64,000 nucleotides of DNA from contig JAQFVV010000004.1 of assembly GCA_028023455.1 (NCBI GenBank), forward strand, positions 16,120,001 to 16,184,000, written 5' to 3'. The position numbers were made by a program, and so were the translations under genes. The notes beneath the pieces are model-generated. The model saw only the letters and a program-made list of their open reading frames with translations. It did not search any database and was not told the DNA's origin. The DNA is from Epiperipatus broadwayi (Eukaryota > Animalia > Onychophora). This document shows, piece after piece, positions 38,290 through 49,959 of the stretch (positions are counted from its first letter, which is position 1; the number at the start of each line of letters is the position of its first letter).

Positions 38290-38600
38290 ATTTACTTTTT
38301 AGTGGGGTACTAAATGGTATATATATGGAAGAATTAGTATAATGATAAAAATCAATAAAAATGCACCAATTTTAATAAAAAGTTATGTGAATAACTATTT
38401 ATTGATATTTAATAAGCATTAAAGTCAAATAGATTTTTTTATTATAAAAGATATAAATAAAGCAGATGAAAATATTAAATTTACAATAGAAAAAGAAAAT
38501 AATAAATCAGCATATTTAGACATTATGTTGATTAAATCTTATATAAATGATACATGTAAAAGAGAACATCTATATATAAAAAAGTAATATGGACAATAAT
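38290..38600 (+). pseudogene. Decayed Penelope-like reverse transcriptase fragment
   Basis: Hand translation gives SGVLNGIYMEEL, a YVDD-like SYVNN, and DINKADENIKFTIEKENNKSAYLDIML. These resemble the PLE RT pattern SPxLANIxMExxE / RYVDD / LNxxxxxIxFTxExExxxxLPFLD. Confidence 0.65.
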
Positions 38601-38756
38601 ACAACTAAATGACATTCCAATATAGATAAAAAAAAATTAAATTAACACTAAGTTCAACAGTATATAAAACTGTAATAAATAAATAATCCATTAAGACTAT
38701 AAGAAATAGCATAAAGTTAATAGAAAGCAAAATTAATGAGAGCTATTATAACATTA

Positions 38757-38757
38757 C

Positions 38758-38788
<31 letters not shown>

Positions 38789-38803
38789 AATAATAATAAT
38801 AAT
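38757..38803. repeat. (GAT)n(AAT)n compound microsatellite
   Basis: Direct reading. Confidence 0.95.
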
Positions 38804-39553
38804 AATTTTTGCTTGATTCCTCTATTGAAATGGCAATTTCTTGATTATTGTTATTTTTTAATTCAAAGATGCTATGACATGGAAAAAAAAAAAGATATTG
38901 ATATAAAAACATTTTTACCTCTACTACTCATTGAGTGCAGAAAGAGTGTCATTGCTATATACAATTGACAAATTGTGTAGAAAAATATCTTGTGGGTATG
39001 TTTTCTACTCATTGAAAAGATACTTTGTTGATTATCTATTTTTTTTATGAAGAGTAAATTGTTAATATAAAAACTTACATAGATACTGTTAAACATTATG
39101 TCATATTTAGGTGTTCAAAAAAGGAATAAAATAGTCAATTGTAATATTCAAATTGCTTATAAAATCAGAGTAGATATAACTGTATTTACACTCAACTTTA
39201 GAAAGTTATTTTTTTGGATTTGACTCTGCTATTTATTGAAATATCTGCCCTGTATGTTTTAGTGTAGTGGTTAAGATCAGATTCTGGAGTGTGCAATCCT
39301 TTGTTGTTAAAGGAGGTTGCCTTGACTACAGATTGAGATTGTTGATATCTTAAGGGTTGATTGTTTTCATATAAACTCTCAACAATAAAGCCATTCACTT
39401 ATTTTACTAAATTATTACTTTCTGGATTATCTTTTTTGTTTTTTGGTGTGAAACCTCACATTATAAAATCCATGCCAAAGGACAAAAAATAATATGTAAA
39501 CCATATTTTTTATTAAGAGTAATAAGAAAGAAAACTTTCTTCTGATCAGTTGA

Positions 39554-39666
39554 CTTTTTTTTTTCATGTGTCATAGCATCGGCCAGGACGCAAACCCACA
39601 ATCGTCTGCAACAAACTGCTTGCTTGCAAGGTGGCTGTGATGATCTCTCAGCTAACAATGCTTGAC
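39554..39666 (-). mobile_element. tRNA-Gly-derived SINE copy (long variant) with TSD
   Basis: Homologous to 12904-13010, with a GTCAA leader. Repeat gatcagttga at 39543-39552 / 39668-39677. Confidence 0.85.
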
Positions 39667-40158
39667 AGATCAGTTGATTTTTAGTTGTTTTATTTTTCAA
39701 ATTTAACTAGCTTGCTATAAGTAAAATAGAGCTGTTAGCAGTAAATTTATCATAATTAGGAATATAGTAGTATTTTCTTGTTCTAACACTGGATATGAAC
39801 AAAAGCAATTTGATGCTCACATTATTGTCTCTAAAAAGTTAATTATCTTATTTTCCTTGCAATATAAGGATAGTTTAATTATTTGCAAATGAAATATTTC
39901 TAAGATTAGTAGAGAAATTTGACACTTTTAAAGGTTTTTGATACCCTGAAAAAAGTTTCAAAATAAAGACAGATATCCCTGCTTCTATTTATTTATTGTA
40001 TAATTTTTTGCTCCATGTTTTAAAAATTGATCTTTTCTCAGTTTAGTATTTTTAGGAATTGATATTTTCCAAATGGACCTGACATTAGAGTCAGAACAAG
40101 GGTGATATGAGTGAGGCACTTTAAGTGAACAAGTAAAAGTGGTATCACACTATCTACA

Positions 40159-40251
40159 CACAGGCTAAACTCTCCATACAGCAGCACCACTCATCGCAAG
40201 CCAGAGTAATCAATGTATAAAGAATGGTGATCATGTGATGTTAAGTGTTTA
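40159..40251 (-). mobile_element. Family A minimal insertion (tail + ~65 bp 3' segment)
   Basis: Flanking repeat atca(c/a)actatctaca (40144-40158 / 40252-40266). Confidence 0.78.
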
Positions 40252-40396
40252 ATCAAACTATCTACAGAAAATTAAAAAATAATTTAAAAAACTACAATTA
40301 TTTGAATATAAATTTATTAATGTGCACTATTGTCTAATCTTATAAATATTTTATGGAACAACAAACAAGTTTTTAATATAATTTTTTAGTCTATAC

Positions 40397-40702
40397 CAGA
40401 GGTCGCCAAAGTGGTATATATAGACCCCCCCCCAGGGGTCTATTTAACAAAAGTAGGGGTCGATCTGAGCCAGGGGGTCGGGTCAAAGGAAAAACAATTC
40501 TTAATATGCAAATCACACATATTTTTCATAAAACTATTGTTACGCAACTTTAATAAATGTTAAAATCATAAAATAAATGTACAAACATAGTACCTAATAG
40601 ATAGTTTTATTTTAATTAACTGAAAATTAGTTTTTGAGGGGTTGATGGAGATTTCGAAAAATTATATAGGGGTCTATGATCAAAAAAGTTTGGCGACCCC
40701 TA
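40397..40702. mobile_element. hAT (Buster/Charlie-like) MITE
   Basis: TIRs cagaggtcgccaaa / tttggcgaccccta. Perfect 8 bp TSD gtctatac. Confidence 0.9.
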
Positions 40703-43180
40703 GTCTATACTATGCTACTTATGTATAGGGATGCAAATTTATATTTTTGACTGGGGTGAAAAAATATCTAGGTGTGTTCTTGTCTGGCATCCCAGTATAA
40801 TTTTAAAATTTTGAAAAATGGGTACAAATTATTATAGAGCTTTTCATTAATTGAATTCAAGTTTGAATGTAAAGTGTTTTAAATATAAAAATATACATTT
40901 TGGTAAATTTAAATCTAATAATGCATTTAAATAAGTGGTAAATTGGATACAACATTTTAATTTAAATAAAATTGAGATTTTTTTAAAAATCTTTTTTCAA
41001 ATGGGTAATTGCCAATAAAAATAAATATATGGAGAGGACATGTGACATTTAAGTAGGTGTGTAGAGTATGGCACCTGCATTCAATTGATGAAATAAAATC
41101 GTTTTTTTTAATCCATTGTGCCAAACTATATAATAAACTCAGGGCTGATCTCATAGGTGAAACAATGAAGCAACTGGCCTAGAATTGAATTGGTATAGTC
41201 ATTGAAATGAGACATTATGTTAAATATTTAATAATTATATTTATTTCCCCCTATTATGTCCATTGCTTTGTTCAGTAGATTATTTTAAAAAAGCCATCTC
41301 AATCATTTTAAAAAATGCATTTTTTAAGGCTTGCTTTAATGCACCAAAATTAGTTGGCTATGCCATGAGTATGCCAATTATTAATAATTAATTGAAATTT
41401 AGGTTAATATAATTTTACTATTTTAATAATTAATTATATATTATTTTATGATTTGATGAAAAGATAATTTTTTTTTTTTTTTTACATATTGCCATCACAG
41501 TATAGAATTTGAAACAAGATGAGATAAACATATTTAGTTGGTCACCATGATAATGAAGTGGAATTAGAAAATCTTTTGTAATTGTAATGTCTTATTCATG
41601 ATTGATGTTAATGAAATATGTTACCTGAGTTCAAACTCAGTAACAAATGTAAAGCATATAAAGTTAAGTAAAGAACAAGGAATTATTACTAATAGATTAT
41701 CATTTTGATAATATTACCAACATGATTTATTCTATTATCTTACATTTTAAATATAATGTCCTTTATATCATTAATGGTACAACCATAGATTTTAATCTTT
41801 TTCATTTAATTTTTCTGCTATTTGATAGCATATAAAGTTATTACAATTATCAATTATTATTGTCTTAGCTATCTTTTTTTAAATATATAATTTTATTAAC
41901 TGTTACTTTCTCTCTCTTTTTTAATGCTAAATAAATGATATTAATTGTAGTTTTTAAATATAATATAGACATTAAATTAGTTTTCTTTATTTTTGTTTAC
42001 AGTAAAAGCTTGTATAATGTTCCTGTTACATTCATTTCAACATATATTTGATTGCACATTTTGTTTTTGCCAATTAGTTTCATATAAGTAATGTTTATTT
42101 TCTGTTGTAGCTCCATCATTCCTTAGACTGTCATTCTATCACATTGATTATTGAAAAATTATGATCCTGAAGCAATATTTTTTTACATGGATTGTTTTTG
42201 TTTATTTTTCTTAAAAAACTGAGTTTATATAATTCTTTATCTAGCATCTTTTTATTTGGACTAAGTGAAGACGTCAAAATGATATCAAAAGTAATACTTC
42301 ATTACGGATGATTATAAGAATTTGCTGCTTAGTTTTAATTTATTGCAAAAGTATTTGATCATGCTTGTGCACCTCATTTTCGTCCATTACTTTACTGTAT
42401 TCCCGCTATTATTTTATTCCAGTCTAATCAGCATTTATTTTATTAAATAGAAAGTGAAGATAGTTAACTTAAAGTTGAATAAAATTTGCTGTAGTTTATG
42501 GAGTATTGATAAAAATTAGCATTTGGGGAGTGATTACATTACTGTACATGCCATTTTTATGCACACATCATGTGCATTATTATTTATGGCAAAGATTACA
42601 ATATAATTTTAGTCTTAGAAGGTCATAAATCTTTATTGAAATCTAGAGTTTGCACAAAGCAATGTTACTCAAATATTTTTTTCACAAATAGTATTTTCAA
42701 TTGCTCTTAAGATGTATAAAATCTTGAATCATGATGGTAAAATTTTTTTTGCTTATTCCTTGTTATTTGTAAAATTAAAATCAAGATTTTTATGAATATA
42801 AAAGATTTACAAGCATGATTTTTGAGGATCCTTTTAATATAAGCCCTACTTCAAATACAAGCCTTAATTAAGATCAGCAACCCAACATACAATGGACATA
42901 TTAAATTATAATGAATGTATAAATTAACAATATCATTGACATTAATGTTTTAAATAAATGGAAATATTTATTTTTCCGTCATCAATTTTTGACAAATGTA
43001 ATTCTATCTGTATAGAGAAGCAATTTATATATCACAAGTCAGTATTTTAGACAATTTATAATTTCATTTGTATATATTTATGTACTTATTTTATTTATAT
43101 TTAATACTTAGAATGGTTGGTTTAGTTTTCTAGTTTTAGCATGATAGCTTTTAAATATTCAAGATAGAAGAAAAATTAGT

Positions 43181-43710
43181 CAAAATAAGAGTCATAGATC
43201 ACATGACACTATCTCTTAAGCTTGTCAGTTATAAACAGTGAGGATTGCCAATTCCTCAACAAGCTTTGTGATAAATGCTCAGCAAGAGCCAGAACTTAAA
43301 ATATCTCTGTCAGGACCCCCCTTCCAAACCCCTGACCATGGTTTCATGCTTTGGCACTCCTCAGAGAGGTGCCAGGGTAGGTTCAGATCCTAGATCTAAA
43401 AATACCAACCCAAAGCCAAGCACTTATCTAAAAGTTATCTATTGAGTTGGATAGCTGGGTTTGAAGACATGTAGATGTCTGAAAATTTCAGATTTTCCAC
43501 TCAATAGATAACTTTTAGATAAGTGCTTGGCTTTGGTTTGGTATTTTTAGATCTAGTGTCTGAACCTACCCTGGCACTTCTCTGAGGAGTGCCAAAGCAT
43601 GAAACCATGGTCAGGGTTTGGGGGGGGGTTCTGACAGAGATATGTTAAGTGCTGGCTCTGGATAAGCATCTATCACAAAGCTTGTTGAGGAATTGGAAAT
43701 CCTCACTGTT
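43181..43710. mobile_element. Family E palindromic Penelope-like insertion with hammerheads on both arms
   Basis: Inverted tail at 43181-43231. Arms at ~43232-43447 and 43498-43712. Flanking repeat tagaagaaaaattagt (43165-43180 / 43711-43726). Confidence 0.87.
43563..43631 (+). ncRNA. Type I hammerhead ribozyme motif (family E)
   Basis: ttct-CTGAGGA-gtgc-caaa-gcat-GAAA-c-catg-g-TC-aggg. Predicted cleavage is after 43612. The mirror copy has its core at 43358-43364 on the minus strand. Confidence 0.8.
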
Positions 43711-44224
43711 TAGAAGAAAAATTAGTTTGATTTCTTAAACATTTTTTAATAATGAAAGTTTAGCTTAAGTTAAATCATCAATCCTTCTTCTAAAGAAAAG
43801 TTTTTAAAAATAATACTCAAACAGGACTATTACAAGTAATTTGGAAAGTAGTTTATAATTTACATATTTGATAATGGATGGATGTGATTATGCCATATAT
43901 GAATCATCATAATTCAATATGTTATATGTTGTAATGGATGTCTTAATCTGCACATATGAACAAAAGAAATATTTTCTGAAATTTTATGCTTTCATTTTTA
44001 ATTGCATTTGTGTGGACAAACTATTCTTAACTGCAATCATTTATTTTTAACATTCCTCCCTAAAATGTTTCCAATTAACACTTGATTTAATAGTAAATTT
44101 AAATGGAATAATACTATATTGCCAGATAAGATGCGTGCAAAAAGAAAGTTATCCTGATGGGTAAAAGAAAGGAATTGTGGGGGCTCTTAAAGCTTTCTAT
44201 AAAGAGAAGAATAAATGTGAATTT

Positions 44225-44325
44225 TTATACATGAAAAAATAAAACATCAGCTGAAAATAAACCCTACAGTATTTTTTGGAGCAAAAATTAATATAAGACA
44301 GTGTCTTATTTTGGGGGGAATATAG
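44225..44325 (+). mobile_element. Possible pogo/Tigger-like MITE end
   Basis: aatataagacagtgtcttattttggggggaatatagta resembles Tigger-type MITE termini recalled from memory. Confidence 0.35.
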
Positions 44326-44341
44326 TATATTATTAATTTCT

Positions 44342-44822
44342 GTATGGAGAGTTTTCTTTCCCTCTGTGAAAAACAGTTTGTGTAAGCATAAAGAAGGGCG
44401 ATCAAATTATGATTTATGGTTTAATACCAATCCTGCCCAATAGGATTATAGTGACTGTGGTTATTAAAGAACCAGAGACACCAAAGAGTATGAATGCTGA
44501 ACTGAGTTCAGATCTATACAACTATACAAGCTAATGAGCTTAGCTTGAAAACATTATTGTGTTTTCATTTTGGACTCAAAACTTTATAGATAAATAAAAA
44601 AGTAAAAGGTGGCTGCTGGAGAGTTGCATTAGATCCTAAAATCCAGATGCAGTGCTCTCAGATCCAAGGCTCCTCACTGATGAAAGCCACAAGCTAGAAA
44701 CTAGTCTGGGGATATTGGATGAGTAGGCACTAGATAGAGATTTTATGCATAAACATTCTTGCATACATTGATTATTCTGGCTTGCACTGAGTGGTGGTAC
44801 CGTATGGAAAGTTTTGCCTCTG
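44342..44822 (+). mobile_element. Family A insertion in direct partial-tandem form
   Basis: The 3' terminus plus sense tail (44342-44420) is followed by a long direct segment with its core at 44677. Flanking taatttct (44334 / 44823). Confidence 0.78.
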
Positions 44823-46564
44823 TAATTTCTTGAATTATTACAGTTTTTAATATTTTTATATCAGTCCTAGTAGTATTATATTATTATGTGAGGTCATGCT
44901 ATGTGTGTATATATGAAATAATCCCAGTGCATAATGCTAGCTGAAATTAAATATCAAATTACCTCTGCACATTTTATTCATATAAGGTGCAGTGAAATTT
45001 CTTAATGTTTGGAAGGGTTTGATATATTATTAAAATTATATTTAACAGTAAATTATATATATTTTCTTGCATTTCAAACAATGCTTTTTATTGAAACATT
45101 TATGGTAGTTTCTATAATCCAGACGTGATCTTCAGAATTGTAAAATATAATTGTATTGCTTTATTTTTGATTATTTACATAAACTCATAATCTTATTTTG
45201 ATGTTTTTTATATTTGCACATAAATATTTTATTTTTTATATAAATATTCATTATGCATTAAGTTGTAGTATAAATCCCAAATTTCGCTGATCAACATTAT
45301 ATATGTGTACATTTTTTAATAAAATGGTTTTTAATTTTTTTTTTTTTTAAAAAAAAAACAATTTAAAAATATGTGCAAATCTTATTAAACTAATAAAATT
45401 GATAAATTAAAAAAAATTAAACTAATTTTTAGATGTATTAGTTTAATAAGTTTTATATAAATATTTGAAATAGCTATATTAATTTTTACACAAAAATTTA
45501 AATCCACTCTATTAAATATATATACATAATGGTGATCAATAACATTTAGATTTTGTATTAGAATTCAATTCATAAAAAATAAATGATTATATATATAAAA
45601 TTCATCCACATCTATGATTTCTATATCCATAGTTTAATTTACTTGTAAATTAAAAAACTGTATATTTAAAAAAATTAAAAATAAATAAATAAATTCTTTT
45701 TTTTTTAAATTTCAATTTTTAGTTCACCTTGCAACCTCTGAATATTGCAATTTTAAAATATCATAAGTAAATAGGAACTTGAAATCGTTTACTACTTTAA
45801 TTATATTTTTTCTTTTATAGTTTTGTATTTATATATTATATGCTGCATTAGTTACAATATATATCTTTAAAGTACTATAATGCTTATTTTTATATGGGTA
45901 GAAAATATTAATACAGCAATAATTTAAAGCAATAAATCAAAATAATTTATTTTACTCATTAATCTTTTTTTCTTTGTATTGCTTTGTTTAAAATATGGAA
46001 CAGCTAATTCAGTGATTTCTTTTCTTTTTTTATTTAATTACAAATAATCTCTGTTCAAATTAAAAATAATATGTTAAAAATTAAGTTTTATTAACTTACA
46101 CTTCTTATTGGGCTCTTGTTTAAAACAAAACAAATTGCAAATAAATTCCGAATTCTCTACAAATAAAAGTATATCCATAATTCAAAATTTAAAAATTAAA
46201 AACTTTTGAAAAATAGAGTGACTGATTACACTAGGATAAAAATGATAAAACAGACTGTTCATTATAATTAGACTTACTAATTAGTTTATAGGTATTTGGT
46301 GTTAATGAAATTGTATTTTTTTTTAAATGTTATTAAATATGTGCAATATTTAGTTATTTACTAACGAAATTAGTGTGTAAAATACTATATATACATGTTA
46401 TCTATACTATATATATATAAAACTTCATATTATATACAATTTATTATTATGCATAAAGTCCAGTGTCTACACCAAAGATTCAAACCAAATGTCATGAATA
46501 AGTGACACTAATGTATATAAAAATATGTATGCATATAAAGATATCTATAATATGTAACTGTAAT

Positions 46565-47050
46565 TAAACAAGGCAAAACTCTCTCCATACAGTAGTGCCA
46601 CCCTGTGCCAATCAGAGTAATCAATGGATGCCAGAAGGCTTGTGCATAAAATCCCTATCTAGTGCCTACTCATCCAATATCCCCATACTAGTTTCTGGCT
46701 TGTGGCCATCATCAGTGAGGAGCCTTGGATCTGAGAGCACTGCACCTAGATCTTGGGATCAGTGAGGAGCCTTGGATCTGAGAGCACTGCACCTAGATCT
46801 TAGGATCTTAAGATCTAGGTGCAGTGCTCTCAGATCCAAGGCTCCTCACTGATGATGGCCACAAGCCAGAAACTAGTATGGGGATATTGGATGAGTAGGC
46901 ACTAGATAGGGATTTTATGCACAAGCCTTCTGGCATCCATTGATTACTCTGATTGGCACAGGGTGGCACTACTGTATGGAGAGAGTTTTGCCTTGTTTAA
47001 TAACAATTACGTGCTAATATGAGATAGTGATCATGTGATGTTTAGTGATA
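46565..47050. mobile_element. Family A perfect palindromic insertion (youngest copy)
   Basis: The ~190 bp arms show no mismatch by eye. There is an internal 47 bp duplication and a tail at 47000-47050. 10 bp TSD taactgtaat (46555-46564 / 47051-47060). Cores at 46709-46715 (-) and 46849-46855 (+). Confidence 0.92.
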
Positions 47051-48299
47051 TAACTGTAATCATATCCATGTTAATTAGATTTAAAAATATATATAAAGAA
47101 TAAATATGCTTATACATGTATAAAATATCAAAATAAGATTATTGTGCATGTGTGTGCATTAATAAAAAAATAAAGTAATTCAATTTTATTTTATTTCTTT
47201 GTAGACTTTTTGGACAGTTTCAACTGTCATAAATATCCTAATAAAAAGGAATGTTAAAAACACAAGAGGAAATGTATAATTTGTTTTATTTAAAATAAAC
47301 AATATAGTAATATTATTATATAAAAATACATGTATTAAATATTACATTAATAGTCTGTCTTTTATTTTTGTCCCTGTAAATGCTTGTAACATATTTGAAG
47401 ATTAAATGTTTTAATTTTTTTTTTTTTTTGAACCTGGACAAAATTATAAATTACTAGTATAAATTCATGCTTTTTTTTGCTCTCTACTTTTATTTTACAT
47501 TTTAATCTTAAATTGAATTTACCAATGTTTTATTATTATTTTAAATATATTTGATTAAGGTTTAAGTTGAATATTTTTGTAATTGATATATATATATATA
47601 TAAGTTTATTTATTTCAGTCCTCCTTTTTTTAAAATCTAAATTAGTAATTTTTCTTATTTAGTTAAACATCTAACAAATTTTAAAAGTTTTGATGGCTCT
47701 TCATTTTTAATCCACGAAGTATTTGTAATTATTAAGGATTAATGCTTAGTGTTCTCTCTTGAACATGATCAAATCAAAGATATATTTGCAACCGTTAAGA
47801 ATATACATTGTTTATATATTATAAACGATATTTATATATTTTTTCTCTCTCTCTCAAACATCTTAAATTGAATTTAACTTTTTAAAAAAATTGTATATTA
47901 TGCATATTTATTTACTTGATTGAATGGCTTTCTGACTCACCAAAAAAAAAGGGGGAGGGGACAAAGAACTAAAAGTTAAGTTTTATGATGGCTATACAAA
48001 TCAATCTGTAACATAAGTATGCCCAATACAAAATATGCTAGTCCTTTTTGTGGACTAACAAACTTTAATATTTTGTTTAACTGTAACTTTCCAATAAATT
48101 GTATCAGACAAATCTTTCCATGAATTGTGTCTTTTTGCTGTGATTTTGAGATAATTCTATAAATGAGAGAGAGAGCTCTTCATGATAATGATTCTAGTAC
48201 TACATTTCTCATGCCCAATCCTATGGTAGTATTTTCCTGCAACTATTCATTCAATAACATTCTGTTTATCATGGTAAAAAATGTGATAAATGATCTTAT

Positions 48300-49560
48300 G
48301 ATTTTTGATTTCATATTTTTAGAACATTATTGAGAATCCTTAAATGAAATTTTACCACTACTTTTATGTTATATTAAGAGGGATCCATATGTTATTTCCA
48401 CTTAATAAATGTGGCAGAATATATTCAGGTTTGCTTTTCTACCTAAAAGCTTCAATCTCAAATACATTCTTAACTAGATAATCATCGAAACCAAAAGTAG
48501 CTGAAGGTTTTTCTTCCAACACTGGCTGAATTCTTTGAGCATCAGTTAATAAATCAATTTTTTTATAGACATCTAAAATAATAAGAACATTTTGTAGTTT
48601 AGTAGAATATTCACCATACTGTCAATCTAGGTACCAATAAGATCTTATTTTTGCTTTTAATCAGTTAAAAAATCTATATTGCATCTCAATTTATTTATTA
48701 ATGATTGCATAAAAATAAAAAATAACTCTTCAGTGCAACTATTAAGTAGAAATTGTGTAATATGAATTAATTTCCATCAACTATCAGCTATTGTTAAATA
48801 TGGTCATGAACTTTTTTTATTATCTCAGTCTAATGTCTTGATTAAATCAATAAAATAATCTATAAATTATAGCTTTGTTAGTCTAGTAATAAACTAGTCC
48901 ACATATAAATTGCATTTTGGATTTTCTAAAATCATTCTCAAATTCTGGGAACTACTTATCAATCTTTTCAATAAAAATCCTTGAAAATAGTTTTGCTATA
49001 GTAGATAATAATATTCAATGATAATTATTGCAACCATTTTTATTTGTTTTTATTTTTTACATTGGAATTGTAAAAGCATTTTAAATGTCAAATAACATTA
49101 CTTCCTGGCTTCTTATATTCCTAAAAAAAAAATCTAATAGTTTTGAAGCTATTATATCATCCATATTTTAAAGCTTTTTTTAAGTATCTTTTCAAGTCTG
49201 GAAGTTTTGCCATTTTTAAAATTTTGAAGAATTAACCTCATCAAACTAAAGTCACTAGAATTTCTAAATACTAAGTGTAATCTTTTGAATTATTGTATTA
49301 ACCATTTATAAGATAATTCAAACATGCCTTCAATTTCTTCAACATAGAAATCTATAAAAGATTTTAAAAATGCTTGTTATCTTTATGAATGCATCAGTGA
49401 TTTTGAAATTGAAAATATCATATTGCAGCAAGACTGCTATAAGTAAGAATGTAGCAGCAATGTATCAACTGAGCAGTAAAATTAGAAAAACTTGAGAAAC
49501 CATCTCAATTAAAACAAAACCAAATGCATATGTAAATATAAGTTATAACATAGATACTAT
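48300..49560 (-). pseudogene. Decayed non-LTR retrotransposon RT region
   Basis: Minus-strand translations ILLSTIAKLFSRIFIEKID and FIDLIKTLD resemble the YRPISLLS and DxxKAFD motifs. Confidence 0.6.
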
Positions 49561-49959
49561 CTGATTTTGCTTGAATTTGCTCTTTCCCATAACTAATAAA
49601 TCAGTTATTTATTTTGAATTCCTATGATTGATAGTTATGAAAACATTCTTTGTTATTACTAAATTAATTTAATAGGATCGGGATTATTTTACATTCATGA
49701 ATTACTTTTAAAGTATCAAAAATAGATTTAAAATAAATATAAACAGCAAATTGTCATTTTCTTTGCAGTTTAATCCTCTAATCATTTTTAAGCATTGATG
49801 TCAGTTAAAAAAAAATCTTTCATTAAATTCTTATTTGATTTATAAAATTGCACATACATTTTATTATTTAGCTAAGCTGAGCCTGATGCATGTTCTCTTT
49901 AATAAAAACATTACAAATACAATCTTTGACAAATACATAGAGTTGTTATTTTTAATGAA

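Noticed and set aside
42100-42480. Possible exon after ttttctgttgtag (similar acceptor-like site at ~22476)
   Set aside because: All three frames hit stops within about 20 codons and no partner exons could be identified.
45095-45147. Minus-strand CTGAAGA...GAAAC remnant (weaker remnants at ~12155-12175, ~47200-47230, ~58760-58830)
   Set aside because: Stems are broken and no TSD or arms could be defined. They may be old PLE debris but are not supportable as features.
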